Source of the DNA: a virus
Lineage: Duplodnaviria; Caudoviricetes
IMG/VR virus record: IMGVR_UViG_3300043414_000482
Span: 1 to 54,263 of that record
DNA length: 54,263 nt
Reading direction: 5' to 3' (one strand)
Shown: positions 8,527-17,914 of the stretch, piece by piece
Numbering within the stretch: position 1 is the stretch's first letter
Layout: every line of letters starts with the position of its first letter
Program-made: the position numbers and the translations under genes
Notes under the pieces: model-generated
What the model saw: only the letters and a program-made list of their open reading frames with translations
Told to the model about the DNA's origin: nothing
The model's database searches: none

Positions 8527-11500
8527 TTAATTATTAAAGGCTATGCCGCCGCCAGAAGTATCAAATGTTATATTGTCTATGTTAACAAAATTGGGAGCAG
8601 CGAATACCCAACCTGCATTTGTACCACCATTAGTTGATGTAGCAGCAATCCACCCTGCACCACCTGTTGCTTGGCTACGTGTTACTGACATATATTGAGT
8701 ATTAGCAACACCGCCGGACATTGACAATGTATGATTAGCGGCTGTTACTGAGTTGATAGTAACCAAGTTACCTGCGTTACCGGACAAACTAAAATACCTA
8801 AAAGTAGTTGTAGTTGCTGCTGTAAATAAAATTGATGCCGGTTGTGTTGTGTTTGTTATGTTATAGAATGAATTTGTACCAGTTATGGTTAGGGCACCCG
8901 CACCACCTTGATTTAATGTTGGGAAACTTCCGCCGCCGCCTGCAAATGTTTTTGCTGCTGCATTGGTCATACTTATAGTAAATCCAGTCATTGTTAAACC
9001 AGTAGCAGAAGCATTAGAGAATGCAGTAGCACCAGCTCCAGAAACCGTATATGTATTATTACCATTGCCCAACATTGCACGAGTAGCAGTACCAGTGCTA
9101 GCGAATGATCCACTAGTTACATTAAACGTACCCATAGTCAATGTACCCTGTGTTAGTGTCAGTGCGCCGGCTAATAATAAAGGTTCTAATAATTGAATAT
9201 TAATACCAGCAATGTTAAGAGTTAACCCACCAAATGTTTGTCCTTCATTGATAATACTAGTTGAACTAAGTTGAGGTATAATGGTAACTGATTGATGATT
9301 ACCTTGAGGATATAGAAGAAATGCTTCCACTACGTTCACTGATGTAGCTGGCGTAGTACTAGCAGCATTTATAAGATTAAACACATTGAACCAACTACCT
9401 GTAGTAACAGTAATACCACTACCTGAAAACAAATTGGGAGCGTTAGTTGTTGTGCCGCCAGTAGTGCCAAATACTACTGTACCAGTATTAACGCCGTTGA
9501 AATAAAACACCCCAGATCCAGTCCACGTAAATCCAGTAGCAATTGCCATATTCAATACAGTTTGCGCTGCGGTTGTATTATATAATTGTATATATGATGG
9601 AGGTACACCGTTAGTTCCACCATTTGGATAATTATAATATGCAGGGGTATACTTGGTAGTACCAAAGTTAATTGTACGAGTGTTAGCATTAGTTGAACTG
9701 AATATAGCGCATGTCAGTACAGAACCTTCAGTCAATGTTAATGTGCCGGCAGTAAATGTATAAGTACCGGACGCACCTGAACTACCTATTGTTAATGATT
9801 TGTTTAATGTTACTGTCCCCGCTGTATGAGTGAATAAAGGTAATACACTTTCATTTAAGTTAGCAGTACCACCATACGTAAATGAACCACTAGTTAATAC
9901 AAAACTAGTTGATGGTGTTAATGTTCCTGCATTCATAACAAATGATGCACCGTTAACCGTGAATGTAGTGCAATTTAGTGTTCCGCTATCAAGTGTCAAT
10001 GTACCCGCAGTGTATGTGACTGTACTAGAACATGTAATACTTGCTCCCGTGCTTGTAAAATCTAATGTTCCCGTTGTTATTGTAAGAGTTGTACAAAAGA
10101 ATGTATATCCAGGATAAGGACTTATTGTTCCAGTAGTGTTAATTGATAGTGGACCAATCGTCTGTGCTACTACATTAGTACGAGTCCATACATATCCACT
10201 ACCACGCATTGCAATAGTAACAGTAGTATATGTACCAGCCCCTGCAATAAAATTACCAGCAATATTAAGTGAGGTTGTGCCTGGATTAAAAGTAGTACTA
10301 GCAAAATCAAGATCCTTAAACCAACTACCAGTAGTTAATGTAGCAACAGCACCTGCAGAAACAGGAGAAGTAGTAAAATACAAACTTGGTGCAGTAGTTG
10401 CCGAACCACCCGCTGTATTACCAACTGAGAATGTTCTAGTATTAGCCATATCAGCAACTTGGAATCCACCTGCTCCAGTTTGACTGAAACCAGTAAGTGT
10501 TGCCATACTCAATACAACAGTTGCTGCTGTAGTGTGTGTAAGACTAATATAACTTAGATCAGACGTTGAACCAAACGCAATAGTACGAGTGTTTGTATTT
10601 GCCGAACTGAATATACCGGTTGATAGTGTAATATTGGGAGTTAAATTTAATGTACCTGCTGTAAATGTATAAGTTCCAGTAGTTGTTAGTGCATAACTCT
10701 GTAGGAAAGTAACCGTTCCCGCAGTATGTGTAAATGTAGGAACTGCCGTCATAGTACCAGAACCTGCGCCATATGTAAATGTACCACCGGTAATAACAAA
10801 ACTTAGAGATGGGGTTATTGTTCCATTAGTAAATGTAAATGTTCCGCCAGACACAGTAAAAGTTGTACAATTGAGTGCTCCAATATTAATTAGTGAGCCA
10901 CCACCAAACGTAAATGTACTTGAGCAAGTTAATGTACCATTAGTATATAAATCAAATGTCCCTGATGTTAATGTACAAGTGGTACAGGTAACTGTAGCAT
11001 TATTAATATATGTTGTGCCATTTGTACTGTTAATAACTAACGGACCTATACTATTGTTAGTGTAAATAAAACCTGTACCGCGCATAGTTGCCGTTAAACC
11101 AGTAAGAACACTAGTAGCGCCGTTGGATACTAATTGATTTAAGTTAAGACTTGTTGCAGCAATTGTAAAAGAACAACTTCCAAAATTAAGTTCATTAAAC
11201 CAACTACCGGTTGTTATAGTAGCAATAGATGCACCGCTAGATAAGTAAAGATTTGGAGCATTAGTTGATGCGCCACCTGTAGTACCAAATACAAATGTTC
11301 TAGTAGTTGACATTGTTGCCTGAAAGCAACCTGTAGTAATATTCGGTGCTTGCGATACAGTAGTAGTCCATGTAAAGCCTGTAGCAATTGCCATATTCAA
11401 TACAGTTTGAGCAGCAGTGGTATGTGACAGTATGATATTACCTGTACCAAATGCAATTGAACGAGTGTTGGCATTAGTAGAACTGAATATACCAGTTGTT

Positions 11501-11970
11501 AAATTAAAGTTATTGAGAGTAAGCGCACCGTTAGTTAATGTAGTAGTAAGAGTTACACCGGTTGTTAGTGCGCTGCCCAAACTCCATCCCCCACCGACAC
11601 CATCGAATGTTATGGCACCACTCATTGTTGTGCCGTTTGTTGTAATTGTTCTACCAGTTGTAGTAGAGTTAAATGTAATGGCACCGGTACTAGTCCAAAC
11701 TGTACCTGAAACTAATGACATTGAACCATTGACTTGAAGTGTGGGTGTAGTACCAGTTAAGAATGACACTGTTCCCGCTGATACAGTAATACTTAAACAG
11801 GCTAACGCACCCGTCATTGTTACGTTGTACGTAGCAGCCTGGTCAAAGATAACGTTATCACTAGCAGTCGGTACACTAAATCCACCAGCGCCGCCAGAGG
11901 TATCGGACCAGTTAGTAGTACTAGATGTATTCCAAGTACCTGTTCCACCTCTCCAATATCTATCAGCCAT
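8527..11970 (-). CDS. large Thr/Gly-rich beta-solenoid repeat protein (fibre/adhesin-like)
   Basis: 1147 aa with repeated FSSTNANTRTI, HTTAAQTVLNMA and TGSWF units; ATAAATA promoter at 11994-12000 (-). Confidence 0.8.
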   Translation of the reverse strand: MADRYWRGGTGTWNTSSTTNWSDTSGGAGGFSVPTASDNVIFDQAATYNVTMTGALACLSITVSAGTVSFLTGTTPTLQVNGSMSLVSGTVWTSTGAITFNSTTTGRTITTNGTTMSGAITFDGVGGGWSLGSALTTGVTLTTTLTNGALTLNNFNLTTGIFSSTNANTRSIAFGTGNIILSHTTAAQTVLNMAIATGFTWTTTVSQAPNITTGCFQATMSTTRTFVFGTTGGASTNAPNLYLSSGASIATITTGSWFNELNFGSCSFTIAATSLNLNQLVSNGATSVLTGLTATMRGTGFIYTNNSIGPLVINSTNGTTYINNATVTCTTCTLTSGTFDLYTNGTLTCSSTFTFGGGSLINIGALNCTTFTVSGGTFTFTNGTITPSLSFVITGGTFTYGAGSGTMTAVPTFTHTAGTVTFLQSYALTTTGTYTFTAGTLNLTPNITLSTGIFSSANTNTRTIAFGSTSDLSYISLTHTTAATVVLSMATLTGFSQTGAGGFQVADMANTRTFSVGNTAGGSATTAPSLYFTTSPVSAGAVATLTTGSWFKDLDFASTTFNPGTTSLNIAGNFIAGAGTYTTVTIAMRGSGYVWTRTNVVAQTIGPLSINTTGTISPYPGYTFFCTTLTITTGTLDFTSTGASITCSSTVTYTAGTLTLDSGTLNCTTFTVNGASFVMNAGTLTPSTSFVLTSGSFTYGGTANLNESVLPLFTHTAGTVTLNKSLTIGSSGASGTYTFTAGTLTLTEGSVLTCAIFSSTNANTRTINFGTTKYTPAYYNYPNGGTNGVPPSYIQLYNTTAAQTVLNMAIATGFTWTGSGVFYFNGVNTGTVVFGTTGGTTTNAPNLFSGSGITVTTGSWFNVFNLINAASTTPATSVNVVEAFLLYPQGNHQSVTIIPQLSSTSIINEGQTFGGLTLNIAGINIQLLEPLLLAGALTLTQGTLTMGTFNVTSGSFASTGTATRAMLGNGNNTYTVSGAGATAFSNASATGLTMTGFTISMTNAAAKTFAGGGGSFPTLNQGGAGALTITGTNSFYNITNTTQPASILFTAATTTTFRYFSLSGNAGNLVTINSVTAANHTLSMSGGVANTQYMSVTRSQATGGAGWIAATSTNGGTNAGWVFAAPNFVNIDNITFDTSGGGIAFNN

Positions 11971-12052
11971 TACTATTCCTCTTTATATAGTAGTATTTAT
12001 CAATTGGTGTTTTGTCTGTATATAAAACTGTGTTTTACCCAATAAATAATAA

Positions 12053-12172
12053 ATGTATTTTAATATTATCATCACTCTCAACGATTTGATATTCCTACTT
12101 GGCTGTGTGCCTTTAGTTATGATATTTTGGGTAATGTTTAAAGATTGGTCTAACGATAGAAATAGACATTAA
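12053..12172 (+). CDS. small membrane peptide (39 aa, not in ORF track)
   Basis: MYFNIIITLNDLIFLLGCVPLVMIFWVMFKDWSNDRNRH; ATAAATA at 12042-12048. Confidence 0.5.
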   Translation: MYFNIIITLNDLIFLLGCVPLVMIFWVMFKDWSNDRNRH

Positions 12173-12783
12173 GCACCATTTTTTGCGGCTGCTTCAATTT
12201 GTTTCTTTTGTTCTTGTTCTCTCATATATTGCTGTTCTCTGCGAGTTTTCAATGCTTTTGCTTGTGCAGCCTCAAACTCTTTTTGTTGTTCAGCCATGCT
12301 GTAAAACTGTACTCCTAACATAATAAATGCGGACATAACAATTCCAAATGCTATAGTATACATAGTAATCATAAAGTACTGAGCCATCTTTTCTTTATGC
12401 GCTTGCTTGGCTTTTGCTATTGCTTCTTCACCTTCACGTTTTTCTTTTATCAATCTAGTACGTTCGGCAATCATCTCTTCCCAGATTTGAGGCTTACCAA
12501 GTTGCCAATAAATCATGTCCTTCAATGCTCTTTCATCTTCACGCAATTGATTACTACGCATTGCAAACTCAAGTGCTTGACGACCAAGTTGAGCATCAGT
12601 TTTTCCCATAGCACCATGTTTGGCTTTAATGCTAGCTAAATGAACTTGGTCTGCGGCTTCAAAGAAATGCCCCACTTGCCCGATGATACTATTAACATCC
12701 TTACCCAAGGCTATGGCTTGCTTGATATGACCTATTGCTGATTGTGCAGCAGTGAATGCAAGTCCTATAGTAATTGGATCCAT
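12169..12783 (-). CDS. hypothetical membrane/coiled-coil protein
   Basis: MDPIT N-terminus, one TM segment, coiled coil. Confidence 0.75.
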   Translation of the reverse strand: MDPITIGLAFTAAQSAIGHIKQAIALGKDVNSIIGQVGHFFEAADQVHLASIKAKHGAMGKTDAQLGRQALEFAMRSNQLREDERALKDMIYWQLGKPQIWEEMIAERTRLIKEKREGEEAIAKAKQAHKEKMAQYFMITMYTIAFGIVMSAFIMLGVQFYSMAEQQKEFEAAQAKALKTRREQQYMREQEQKKQIEAAAKNGA

Positions 12784-12786
12784 TAT

Positions 12787-13014
12787 TTACCCACCTCTTT
12801 TACATATTTCTGGGTACATTCTATTAGAACAATCTTTTTTAGCCCACTGAACACAATTTACTTTTCCTTCAAATGGAGTATTTGTCCATTGCCAACGAAC
12901 ACACAACCAGACTTCATCTTTTTTTAATCCGTTAGAATTTTCCTCACTGGATACTACCATTGTTAATAATAGTAATAAACTAGCGAATAACTTTATAAAG
13001 GTACCCATAGCCAA
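12787..13014 (-). CDS. small Cys-rich secreted protein
   Basis: signal-like N-terminus, four Cys. Confidence 0.55.
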   Translation of the reverse strand: MAMGTFIKLFASLLLLLTMVVSSEENSNGLKKDEVWLCVRWQWTNTPFEGKVNCVQWAKKDCSNRMYPEICKRGG

Positions 13015-13535
13015 ATTCCTTGGCTCATTAATACAGCCCCAATTAAACCAACTAGAATACTTGAGTAAAACATCCCCATACTAACTGCTAATATAGCCGC
13101 GGATAGTAATACGATGCTAAGTTGTAATACTGAACCAGAGAATGTTAACCATGGACTATGCTTTTTTGCTTCATCTCTTTCGGCTTCTAACCCCTTAGCT
13201 TTCTCCATTAATTCTTTCTTGCCTTCATTCTTTACTGGATCGCTTTCATATCTATCAATTTTAGCAGTTAACTCTTGTGCTTTTTTAGTATCCTTGCGGG
13301 CGATAGCATCATCTCTAGCATTTTCTGCTATAGTTTGTTTGATACTTTTTGCTTGATAGAAGTTCCATGTATCATTAGCCTTAATTGTATTGGTTAATAT
13401 ATTACTGCTAATGCCATTGGCAACATATGTATTAACTGCTAGTAATGCTGCCATTACTGTGATAGTCCATCCTGCTCTATCTTTAATGTGGGCTTCTCTT
13501 TCGGAACGAGAAAGTGGTTTAGATTCTTCTGCCAT
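12993..13535 (-). CDS. DUF4337-like membrane protein
   Basis: ANDTWNFYQAKSIKQ motif and three TM segments. Confidence 0.75.
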   Translation of the reverse strand: MAEESKPLSRSEREAHIKDRAGWTITVMAALLAVNTYVANGISSNILTNTIKANDTWNFYQAKSIKQTIAENARDDAIARKDTKKAQELTAKIDRYESDPVKNEGKKELMEKAKGLEAERDEAKKHSPWLTFSGSVLQLSIVLLSAAILAVSMGMFYSSILVGLIGAVLMSQGIWLWVPL

Positions 13536-14283
13536 TTTTAATCTCCTTATTAACTTTTTTTACTATCGGTTTCTTTACCGATACTTTTTTAGCAACTGTT
13601 CTCACTGGTTTATTATCAACTATTTCTTTATGTTTGATAACCATTACTAGTAAAATTAAACTTAAATTTATAACAATAATCATTGTCCATGCTGCTGTCA
13701 TGTAAAATAAATATTGTGATTGCAATCTATTCACAACCATTATATAAAATTCATCAGTAGTGTCAACAATTTCTTTCTTATATTTTTTGTAATCATCCCC
13801 GAACATCAACATCTGTGCTGCTGTATAGTGATAAGTTTGTATTTCAAAATTTAATTCAGGTTTGCCTTTGTCAATCAGGGCAAACGCTTGCACTTCTAGT
13901 TTAGCAAGATTGTTACTTAATTCTTCTGCCTTCAATAACTTATTCAATTCAGTTTGCAAGAATGGTACTTCTTTTACTCTAATTTTAAACGATTTTGTAA
14001 CTCCCTTGTCGTCCGCCACCTCACCGTTGCGTATTTTAAGTACATTATTAAACTCTGTTCGCCATTGTTCGTTCTTAGTTGTTACGAAAAATCTAGCATA
14101 ATTAGTTAAATCATCGGATGATTTAGCCATAGTACGACTAAGAGAAGCAGCATGGTTTAGGGTAGTTAATTGAGTTTCTGCGCTTTTGAAACAGCTAAGT
14201 ACGACCAAACTGCTCAAGAATATAACCCCTGCAATAACATAGGGAGTTCTCTTGTATTCTAAAATCTTATCTAATATTTTCAT
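13519..14283 (-). CDS. TM-periplasmic sensor domain-TM protein without signalling domain
   Basis: SSDDLTNYARFFVTT...IRNG...SNNLAKLE four-helix sensor pattern seen in MCPs and histidine kinases. Confidence 0.65.
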   Translation of the reverse strand: MKILDKILEYKRTPYVIAGVIFLSSLVVLSCFKSAETQLTTLNHAASLSRTMAKSSDDLTNYARFFVTTKNEQWRTEFNNVLKIRNGEVADDKGVTKSFKIRVKEVPFLQTELNKLLKAEELSNNLAKLEVQAFALIDKGKPELNFEIQTYHYTAAQMLMFGDDYKKYKKEIVDTTDEFYIMVVNRLQSQYLFYMTAAWTMIIVINLSLILLVMVIKHKEIVDNKPVRTVAKKVSVKKPIVKKVNKEIKNGRRI

Positions 14284-14444
14284 GTTAATGCTTTCATTAT
14301 TAATCCCATTATCTGTTTTACTTCTGCTTGGTAGTTGGTAAGGATAACCATACCCACACCTAAGGCGGCAGTAGGGAAACTTTTGGCTGATGGGGGAGGT
14401 GGCGCAACTACTTTTCTTCTAGTAGTAACCCGTTTTGTTACCAT
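14280..14444 (-). CDS. small protein (54 aa, not in ORF track)
   Basis: MVTKRVTT...KALT; AAGGAG RBS; ATGA coupling to the next gene; CTAAATA promoter 14487-14493. Confidence 0.6.
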   Translation of the reverse strand: MVTKRVTTRRKVVAPPPPSAKSFPTAALGVGMVILTNYQAEVKQIMGLIMKALT

Positions 14445-14533
14445 TTATGTACTCCTTATTGTTATTATATGTTATAATGTACTATGTATTTAGCGATAAA
14501 ATCGTTTCAATCCGTTTACAGATAAATATTATG

Positions 14534-15106
14534 ATGCGTATAAGTGAATTATTTGAAGAAGTTGAGTCTGAACCAGAACAAAAGATGCCACATCTATACC
14601 TAGATATGGATGGTGTACAGGCTGATTTCTTTGGTGCATGGGCACAAAAACACGGGGTTTCTACATATAAAGAGATTCCAAGACGTGAAGATGATATACA
14701 AGCATTAGCAACATCTAGCGCAGAAAATGTCTATCAATTCTTTAAAGATTTGAAACCCCTAACAGGTGGTATGCGTATCGTTATGTGGTTGAATGATAAC
14801 AAGATTCCATATACTGTATTATCTGCTCCATTGCGTGGGCCCTTTTCTAGTGCTAGCGTAAAGGCTAAAAAAGATTGGTTAGATGAATTCAATCCGGGCA
14901 CTAGTGGTGATGCCATTTTTACTGCTGCTAAGTATAAATACGCCACGCAAGATGGTGAACCAAATGTATTAGTAGATGACTTTGGTAAGTATTTAGATGC
15001 TTGGAGTGGCGCAGGTGGTATAGCTGTCAAGCATGAAGATAGTAATGCTGCTCACACTATTCAGGAACTTGAAAAGATTTATGCCCCGTTTATCCATAAG
15101 TCTTGA
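14534..15106 (+). CDS. 5'(3')-deoxyribonucleotidase, HAD family (start MRISEL)
   Basis: YLDMDGV motif I and LVDDF motif; ATAAATA at 14522-14528. Confidence 0.85.
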   Translation: MRISELFEEVESEPEQKMPHLYLDMDGVQADFFGAWAQKHGVSTYKEIPRREDDIQALATSSAENVYQFFKDLKPLTGGMRIVMWLNDNKIPYTVLSAPLRGPFSSASVKAKKDWLDEFNPGTSGDAIFTAAKYKYATQDGEPNVLVDDFGKYLDAWSGAGGIAVKHEDSNAAHTIQELEKIYAPFIHKS

Positions 15107-15137
15107 TAATCACTATACTAATATAGTATACTAACAC

Positions 15138-15326
15138 ATGGCTAAACCTAATCCCGGACAAGAAAGAATGCGTTATGAAGTAATAACGCAACCAAATCCT
15201 GACAACGATGACGATTTATTGTTACCTATCCCACAAGCATTATTAGATAAAATGGGGTGGAAAGAAGGTGACAATATTGAAATCGGATTTGATACTGAAG
15301 GCCGTTACATATTAAAGAAAACATGA
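15138..15326 (+). CDS. AbrB/MazE-like DNA-binding protein
   Basis: LPIPQALLDKMGWKEGDNI. Confidence 0.75.
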   Translation: MAKPNPGQERMRYEVITQPNPDNDDDLLLPIPQALLDKMGWKEGDNIEIGFDTEGRYILKKT

Positions 15327-15733
15327 GTTACCCAATACCACAAAATATAATTAATACAATGCATCCGCCTGTATATACAACTAACAATACTGGACCTATA
15401 TCTGTTAGTGGTGCCGGTAGTGCTGGACAATTTATGTATTCTAATGGTACTACTACTACTTGGGTTGACGATACAATAACACTAAGCAATATCAATCCTG
15501 GATCTGGTACTTTACAAGTAAAAGGTAATGCTGAGTTTGATGGTGATATTAAACTCAAAGGTAAAAGCCTAAATGATACATTATCCAAGATTGAAGAACG
15601 ATTAGCAATATTACATCCCAACGAAAAATTAGAAGAAAAATGGGTAAAACTGAAAGAATTGCGTAAACAATATCAGGAATTGGAAGCTGATATTCTGGAA
15701 AAAGAAAAGATTGTTGAAATCCTCAAAAGATGA
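15323..15733 (+). CDS. hypothetical protein with C-terminal coiled coil
   Basis: IEERLAILHPN...LEEKW. Confidence 0.7.
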   Translation: MSYPIPQNIINTMHPPVYTTNNTGPISVSGAGSAGQFMYSNGTTTTWVDDTITLSNINPGSGTLQVKGNAEFDGDIKLKGKSLNDTLSKIEERLAILHPNEKLEEKWVKLKELRKQYQELEADILEKEKIVEILKR

Positions 15734-15736
15734 CGG

Positions 15737-15765
15737 TTGACAATAAATGGTTTCCCTGCTATAAT
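15737..15765 (+). promoter_or_regulatory. sigma70-type early promoter (repeat family)
   Basis: TTGACA-ataaatggtttccctgc-TATAAT. Confidence 0.85.
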
Positions 15766-15794
15766 ATGGTCATATTAACTATGTTTATATCCTT

Positions 15795-16193
15795 ATGACT
15801 ATGCATCTAGCACATCCCTCCCTATCAATGGGCGGTAAACGCAAAGGCAAAATTAAGTTTCGCAATGCTGAGGAAGCCCGCAAACATCGGGAACTAGAAT
15901 CAGATTGGCACGACCTACAGAAAAAGTGGGGAGTAGAGCAGGAAGCAAAGAAACGTAAACGAGCAATGGCAGCAGAACCATTGGTCTATTCACTTAGTAC
16001 ACCCATCGGTCGTACAAATACACATCACATTAAGAGTTTAGATACAGGACATTCAGGTCCTGTATCTAGTAAACCAGCGCCGAAATACACAGGTACTAAG
16101 ATTCTTGGTATCGGTACTATGCACAAAAGTAATGCTGTCCCTGTCTTTTCAGATGAAGAGGCTAGAGATATCAGCACAATGCGCCGTAACTAA
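15795..16193 (+). CDS. conserved T4-like phage protein
   Basis: C-terminal YTG...GIGTMHKSNAVPVF motif. Confidence 0.75.
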   Translation: MTMHLAHPSLSMGGKRKGKIKFRNAEEARKHRELESDWHDLQKKWGVEQEAKKRKRAMAAEPLVYSLSTPIGRTNTHHIKSLDTGHSGPVSSKPAPKYTGTKILGIGTMHKSNAVPVFSDEEARDISTMRRN

Positions 16194-16212
16194 AGGAGTT
16201 TAATAAACTAAA

Positions 16213-16428
16213 ATGGCAAAAGAGGAAGGAATTAAGATGGACGGTAAGGTAATTGACGTATTACCCAATGCCGTTTTCAAAGTACAGATGAACCCAAGTA
16301 ATGTAATTACTGGATACATCAGCGGTCGTATGCGTAAGAACGACATTAAAATATTGCTTGGCGATACAGTAGAAGTAGAGTTTTCACCCTATGACTTGAC
16401 TAAAGGACGCATTACTCGGCGCAGATAA
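16213..16428 (+). CDS. infA: translation initiation factor IF-1
   Basis: MAKEE...LPNA...ISGRMRKN.I.IL.GD.V.VE.SPYDLTKGRI. Confidence 0.95.
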   Translation: MAKEEGIKMDGKVIDVLPNAVFKVQMNPSNVITGYISGRMRKNDIKILLGDTVEVEFSPYDLTKGRITRRR

Positions 16429-16449
16429 CATTACGCATAAATACATATT

Positions 16450-17004
16450 ATGCGTGATATTATTACATTGCTTGAGGAAAAGAGTAAGCCTCAAGACATA
16501 GAAATTATACCCCTAAACTTCACCCCAAATGAAGTTAGCCCCGTATTATCCAAAGATACACTGGATTTACATTACGGGAAATTAGCCCACGGTTACGCTG
16601 AACGCTATAACAATAAAGAGGGTGACAGAGATTTCAACTATGCAGGTGCTTTCCTGCATAACACATTATTCCCACAGTTCCGTGAAGTAAGAAACAATAA
16701 CAAGCCCAACGGCCCTATGTACGGGTTCATCAATAAACACTTCGGTGACTACGACAACATGAAGTCTGAGTTTGAAACTGAAGCCATGAAGATACAGGGT
16801 AGTGGTTGGATATACTTAGCTACTGACGGGAAGATAAAGATAATACATAATCATCAGGTACGCAATGACATATTGTTATTGATTGACTGGTGGGAACATG
16901 CGTTTTTATTAGACTACGGATCTGATAAAAAGAAATACATCAAAGAACAGTGGAAGATCATTAATTGGAATGTTATCAACACTAGATGGGGAAAGAGTTT
17001 ATAA
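16450..17004 (+). CDS. sod: Fe/Mn superoxide dismutase
   Basis: LHY, LHN, QGSGW and DWWEHA metal-ligand motifs; ATAAATA at 16437-16443. Confidence 0.88.
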   Translation: MRDIITLLEEKSKPQDIEIIPLNFTPNEVSPVLSKDTLDLHYGKLAHGYAERYNNKEGDRDFNYAGAFLHNTLFPQFREVRNNNKPNGPMYGFINKHFGDYDNMKSEFETEAMKIQGSGWIYLATDGKIKIIHNHQVRNDILLLIDWWEHAFLLDYGSDKKKYIKEQWKIINWNVINTRWGKSL

Positions 17005-17014
17005 AGAGGAAACC

Positions 17015-17905
17015 ATGAAAAAACTACTTACAGCAGGATTTATAGCACTATTACTATTAGGCGGATGCAGCAAACAAGCAACATTAGGATCATCAACATC
17101 ATCAACATTTACCCCGGGGTTTGATAATGATGACAAAACTTGTACCACTGCGCCTATCATTAGTGGCAATGGTGTTACATTTGGTAATGACACTACAAGT
17201 TGTGGCGGCAGAGTTGTATCTACGCAAGGATACAAGAACATTACACAAATTCGTGCTACAGCAGACTTCAGTAAGTTAACAAGCAACTTTGTTACTAACA
17301 CATTCTATATGATTAATAATCCTAATACTCCAGGATTACAACCTAAAGGCTCAAACTATTGTGATGCTGGTGGAAACAACGCAAGCTGGAATTGCCAAGA
17401 AATTGATTTCTTTGAAGGCAATAAGAATGTAGTATTCCAACATACAATGCACATTGGTGATGGCAGCAGTAGTGCTCCACAAAACTTTCAGTTTAGTTAT
17501 TCAACAACTGATGACCAATGCTTTGTAAATCTAACTCCAACAACAGGGTTAGTATCATGGAATGGTATTGACAAATCTAAACCAGTTGATATCATTATTG
17601 ATATGGATGCGAATGGGATGACTGTAACATTCTCACAGGATACAATCAAAACTGTTGTTTACAAAATGGGTTCAGGATATGCAGGTTCAGCAACATTTAC
17701 TACTGAACAATTACAACGCTGGCAACAAAGCAGAGCGCAGGGATATTGGTTGAATCTTAGCATGTGGCAAAGTTTCTCATGGTCACCAGGAGCACCGCAA
17801 GGTTTCTATAATTGGACTTGCCCGTACGGTAATCTATGCACCACTGGCACATCATCATACTTTAAAGTTTACAATATTCAAGTAGATGCTGAGGGTACTA
17901 TCTAA
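17015..17905 (+). CDS. lipoprotein with clan GH-B (GH7/GH16-like) glycoside hydrolase motif
   Basis: lipobox LLGGC; YCDA...CQEIDFFEGN...LNLSMW; GAGGA RBS. Confidence 0.65.
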   Translation: MKKLLTAGFIALLLLGGCSKQATLGSSTSSTFTPGFDNDDKTCTTAPIISGNGVTFGNDTTSCGGRVVSTQGYKNITQIRATADFSKLTSNFVTNTFYMINNPNTPGLQPKGSNYCDAGGNNASWNCQEIDFFEGNKNVVFQHTMHIGDGSSSAPQNFQFSYSTTDDQCFVNLTPTTGLVSWNGIDKSKPVDIIIDMDANGMTVTFSQDTIKTVVYKMGSGYAGSATFTTEQLQRWQQSRAQGYWLNLSMWQSFSWSPGAPQGFYNWTCPYGNLCTTGTSSYFKVYNIQVDAEGTI

Positions 17906-17914
17906 GGTATTACC

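Noticed and set aside
8963-12025. + strand ORFs inside the 1147-aa gene
   Set aside because: Antisense shadows of a Thr/Gly-rich gene (Val/Pro-rich translations, no RBS).
15138-15733. MazEF-like toxin-antitoxin pair
   Set aside because: The AbrB-like gene is not followed by a recognisable toxin.
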